Made by a program: the position numbers and the translations under genes
Notes under the pieces: model-generated
Told to the model about the DNA's origin: nothing
The model's input: only the letters and a program-made list of their open reading frames with translations
The model's database searches: none
Shown: positions 61,630-64,000 of the stretch, piece after piece
How the letters are laid out: the number at the start of each line of letters is the position of its first letter
Numbering within the stretch: the stretch's first letter is position 1
From: Narcine bancroftii
Taxonomy: Eukaryota
Direction: 5' to 3'
Length of the DNA stretch: 64,000 nucleotides
NCBI RefSeq assembly: GCF_036971445.1
Contig: NC_091472.1
Coordinates: 66,836,001-66,900,000 of the forward strand

Positions 61630-62560
61630 CAGTGAATCGAAGACTATGACCAGTTGGATTCAACACAGTTCATTTGGATATTGGTGGAAACTTCGTCCAT
61701 TGAGTTGGAGGTAGAGATCAAGGAAAGGGAGAGAGGTGTCAGAAACAGTCCAAGTAAATTTAAGGACAGTGGTAATGAAATTAATAAGATTATCATGTTC
61801 TGCATGAGTACAAGAGGAAATGGCCAATGCAGTCATCGATGAAGTGGAGAAAGAATTGATTTTCAAAATCCAACCCACCCATACAGCCACCTGGGCTTTC
61901 CCTCTTCCCATCCTATCCCTTGTAAAGATGCCATTCACTTCCACAATCACTCCACCTCTGCCACATCTGTTCCCAGGATGATGTCTTCTACTCCAAGACA
62001 TACGAAATGTCCTCTTTCTTTAATAAAAGTAGATTCCCCCTTTCTTTCATTGAGAAGGTCACACTCAGATCACATCAGCCACACCCTCCCGTCTCTACCC
62101 TATCAATTTTTGTGGGGATCCATCTCTCCAAGACTCCCTAGTCTTAATTTCCCTTCCAACCTCCACCATTGCACCCCCTTCACCACTTCCTCCTGTAAAC
62201 ACAGCAAGTGCAGAGCTTGTCTCTATGTCTCCTCCCTCACCTCCATCCAGGATCACAAACAGATCTTCCAAGAGAGGCTGAGTTTTATGTGCACATTGTC
62301 CAACCTAACTTACTGCATTCAGTGTTTAAGCTGTGGCCTTCTCAACATCAGTGAGACCAAACACAAATTGGGTGACTCCACCAAATACCAACGCTCTGTT
62401 AGTGGGTCTGAACTTGAGCTTCCTGTAGTCAAACATTTTCATTTCCCCACCATCCTTGTCCTTGGTCTCATCCATTATCAGTGCTCAATGTAAACTTGAG
62501 GAATTACACATCATATTCCTTCTGGACAGGTTGTTATTTTTAATTTAAGGTAATCTCTAC
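61630..62560. mobile_element. Penelope-like element with inverted 5' part (RT piece minus, 61630-61855; thumb and GIY-YIG plus, 61860-62560)
   Basis: Minus: FLHFIDDCI..LKFTWTVSDTSLPFLDL. Plus: SSHPxPCKDAI..LTYCIQCLSCGLLNISETKHKLGD. Confidence 0.78.
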
Positions 62561-62594
62561 CACCCCCCCCCCCCCCCCACACACCACTTTTATT

Positions 62595-63300
62595 TAGTAC
62601 ACAAAAGTGCTGGAGAAGCTCACATAGTGTCCATAGAAAGTAATGGTCTCCTTTTTAGGCAAGAACCCTTTTTTTATGTGCCAAAAATCAGATAGATCCG
62701 TGATTAAGAAATTGGAAGGGGGAGGGCAAGGAGAAGGTGAAGGACTGCAGACTAACAGGTAAGAGGTAGTAAGTAGGTGGATACTGGTGAGAGGGTGGAA
62801 GAGAAGAATGCTGAGAAGTGATGGGGAGAGGGCAGAGGGCTGAGAAAGATCACTCTCTGATAGGAGAAGGAAGGGAAGGTAGTGGGGAGATGGAGGAAGG
62901 GAGCTAGAGGAATGAGGGGAAGAGAGAGACTAGAAAGTGGGTTAGCAGAAATTGGAGGTCAATATGATGACCGAGATGGAATTCGAAGTGTTGTTCCTCT
63001 AATTTACAGATGGCCTTGATTTGTCAGTATATGAGGCGACGGACACACACATCAGTGTGGCAATGGGGTATTGTTATTGCTGCAAGAAATAACAAACATG
63101 CTCCACAAAATGATCTCCCAGTCTGTGTCCAGTCTCCCTGATATAGAGGGGGCTGCGTCAGGAGTACCGGATGCAATATATAACCCCTACAGTTTTACAG
63201 GTGAAGGGTTGCTTCACTTGCAAGGACTGTTTTGGGGTCCCAAATAGTGGTGAGGGAGAAGATGTAAATCCAATTGTAGAATCCAATTGTGGTCGAGGGA
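62595..63300 (-). mobile_element. Penelope-like element 3' part, tail-to-tail with the preceding copy
   Basis: Reverse of GPQTVLxVKQPFTC..YCIR..LYIRETGHRLGDHFVEH..KLEEQH; terminus ACAAAAGTGCTGGAGAAGCTCA. Confidence 0.8.
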
Positions 63301-63309
63301 TTAGGTACA

Positions 63310-63311
<2 letters not shown>

Positions 63312-63342
<31 letters not shown>

Positions 63343-63360
63343 GGGGGGGGGGGGGCGGGG
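63312..63360. repeat. (GT)n followed by poly-G
   Basis: Read directly from the sequence. Confidence 0.9.
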
Positions 63361-63514
63361 CGTGATTTAAGGGAAGTGGGAATGTTTGTTTGGTACTATT
63401 GAGTTGAAGTTTGAGGTATAGTCAATGAATATTGGTCTGATGTAGGTGTCCTTGTTATTCAGCTGTTCCAAGCCTGAATGTAGGACCAGGGTGGTGGCAA
63501 ATTGAAAAATATAT

Positions 63515-63740
63515 GTCATTCAGAACAGAGATGAAAAGATGGGTAGGGAAGCTTTGGAATCTCTTGCTGAAAAACTCTGTTTCTAAGTACATTTATGAAA
63601 GAGACCAATGGATATTTAAATATTAAGGGAACCAAAGGGAATGTTGGTTAATGCAGGTAAATGGTAGTGATCAGCTACAATTTTATTGCAAAGTGGAGCA
63701 AACATAAAGGGCCAAATTTACTTGGTGTTCTGAAGATGGC
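63515..63740 (+). mobile_element. Old CR1 3' end
   Basis: TTCAGAACAGAGATGA..TGGAATCTCTT..TAAGGGAACCAAAGGGA..AGGGCCAAAT remnants. Confidence 0.55.
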
Positions 63741-64000
63741 AGAGTTATTCCATAAGCAGAGTTTTGGGATAACACAACAGAGACTTGTCATTTTGGAGTA
63801 AATTGCACTCTTAATGATAAATGAATAACTGCTGCTCTTTCTATTTAATTGACAACTCTTGTGTAACAAAACCTTTCTCAGAAATCTGCAATTCTCTTGG
63901 CTAGTTACTTATAGTTGGAAATGTTTTGTTAAGATTTCCATGAAATTTGCTTTTCTACAGAATTATTATTCTAAAAACTATAGAAGGAAATTCTGCACAG

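Noticed and set aside
1-64000. Intact autonomous element or prokaryote-like defence/RT system
   Set aside because: All RT and endonuclease frames are broken or truncated, and the context is eukaryotic repeat DNA.

Overview
AT-rich, CpG-depleted vertebrate DNA. The repeat families (HER1-like CR1 LINEs, HE1/V-SINE, Rex1/Babar LINEs, Penelope-like GIY-YIG elements, L1, RTE) point to a cartilaginous fish, probably a ray or skate; this is inferred from repeat content only. I recognise no host protein-coding gene. Every ORF I can assign is a decayed retroelement fragment, and the rest look like chance or antisense ORFs. Roughly half the window is transposon-derived, often deeply nested, and the remainder is unique intronic/intergenic-like sequence. 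Best-supported observations: (i) Penelope termini carrying minimal hammerhead-ribozyme motifs with a shared U3 variant, plus small palindromic elements that pivot on that motif; (ii) a Penelope copy with its RT core deleted in frame, and another with twin-priming-like inversion geometry; (iii) four solo LTRs with exact or near-exact target-site duplications; (iv) a young RTE insertion with an 11-bp TSD; (v) a 167-bp near-perfect tandem duplication; (vi) long hairpins, including a hairpin cluster in unique DNA at about 8.8-9.0 kb; (vii) two weak minus-strand exon candidates. Boundaries of old repeats are approximate (tens of bp). Family names come from motif recognition, not database searches. 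I found no evidence of a complete novel gene system.
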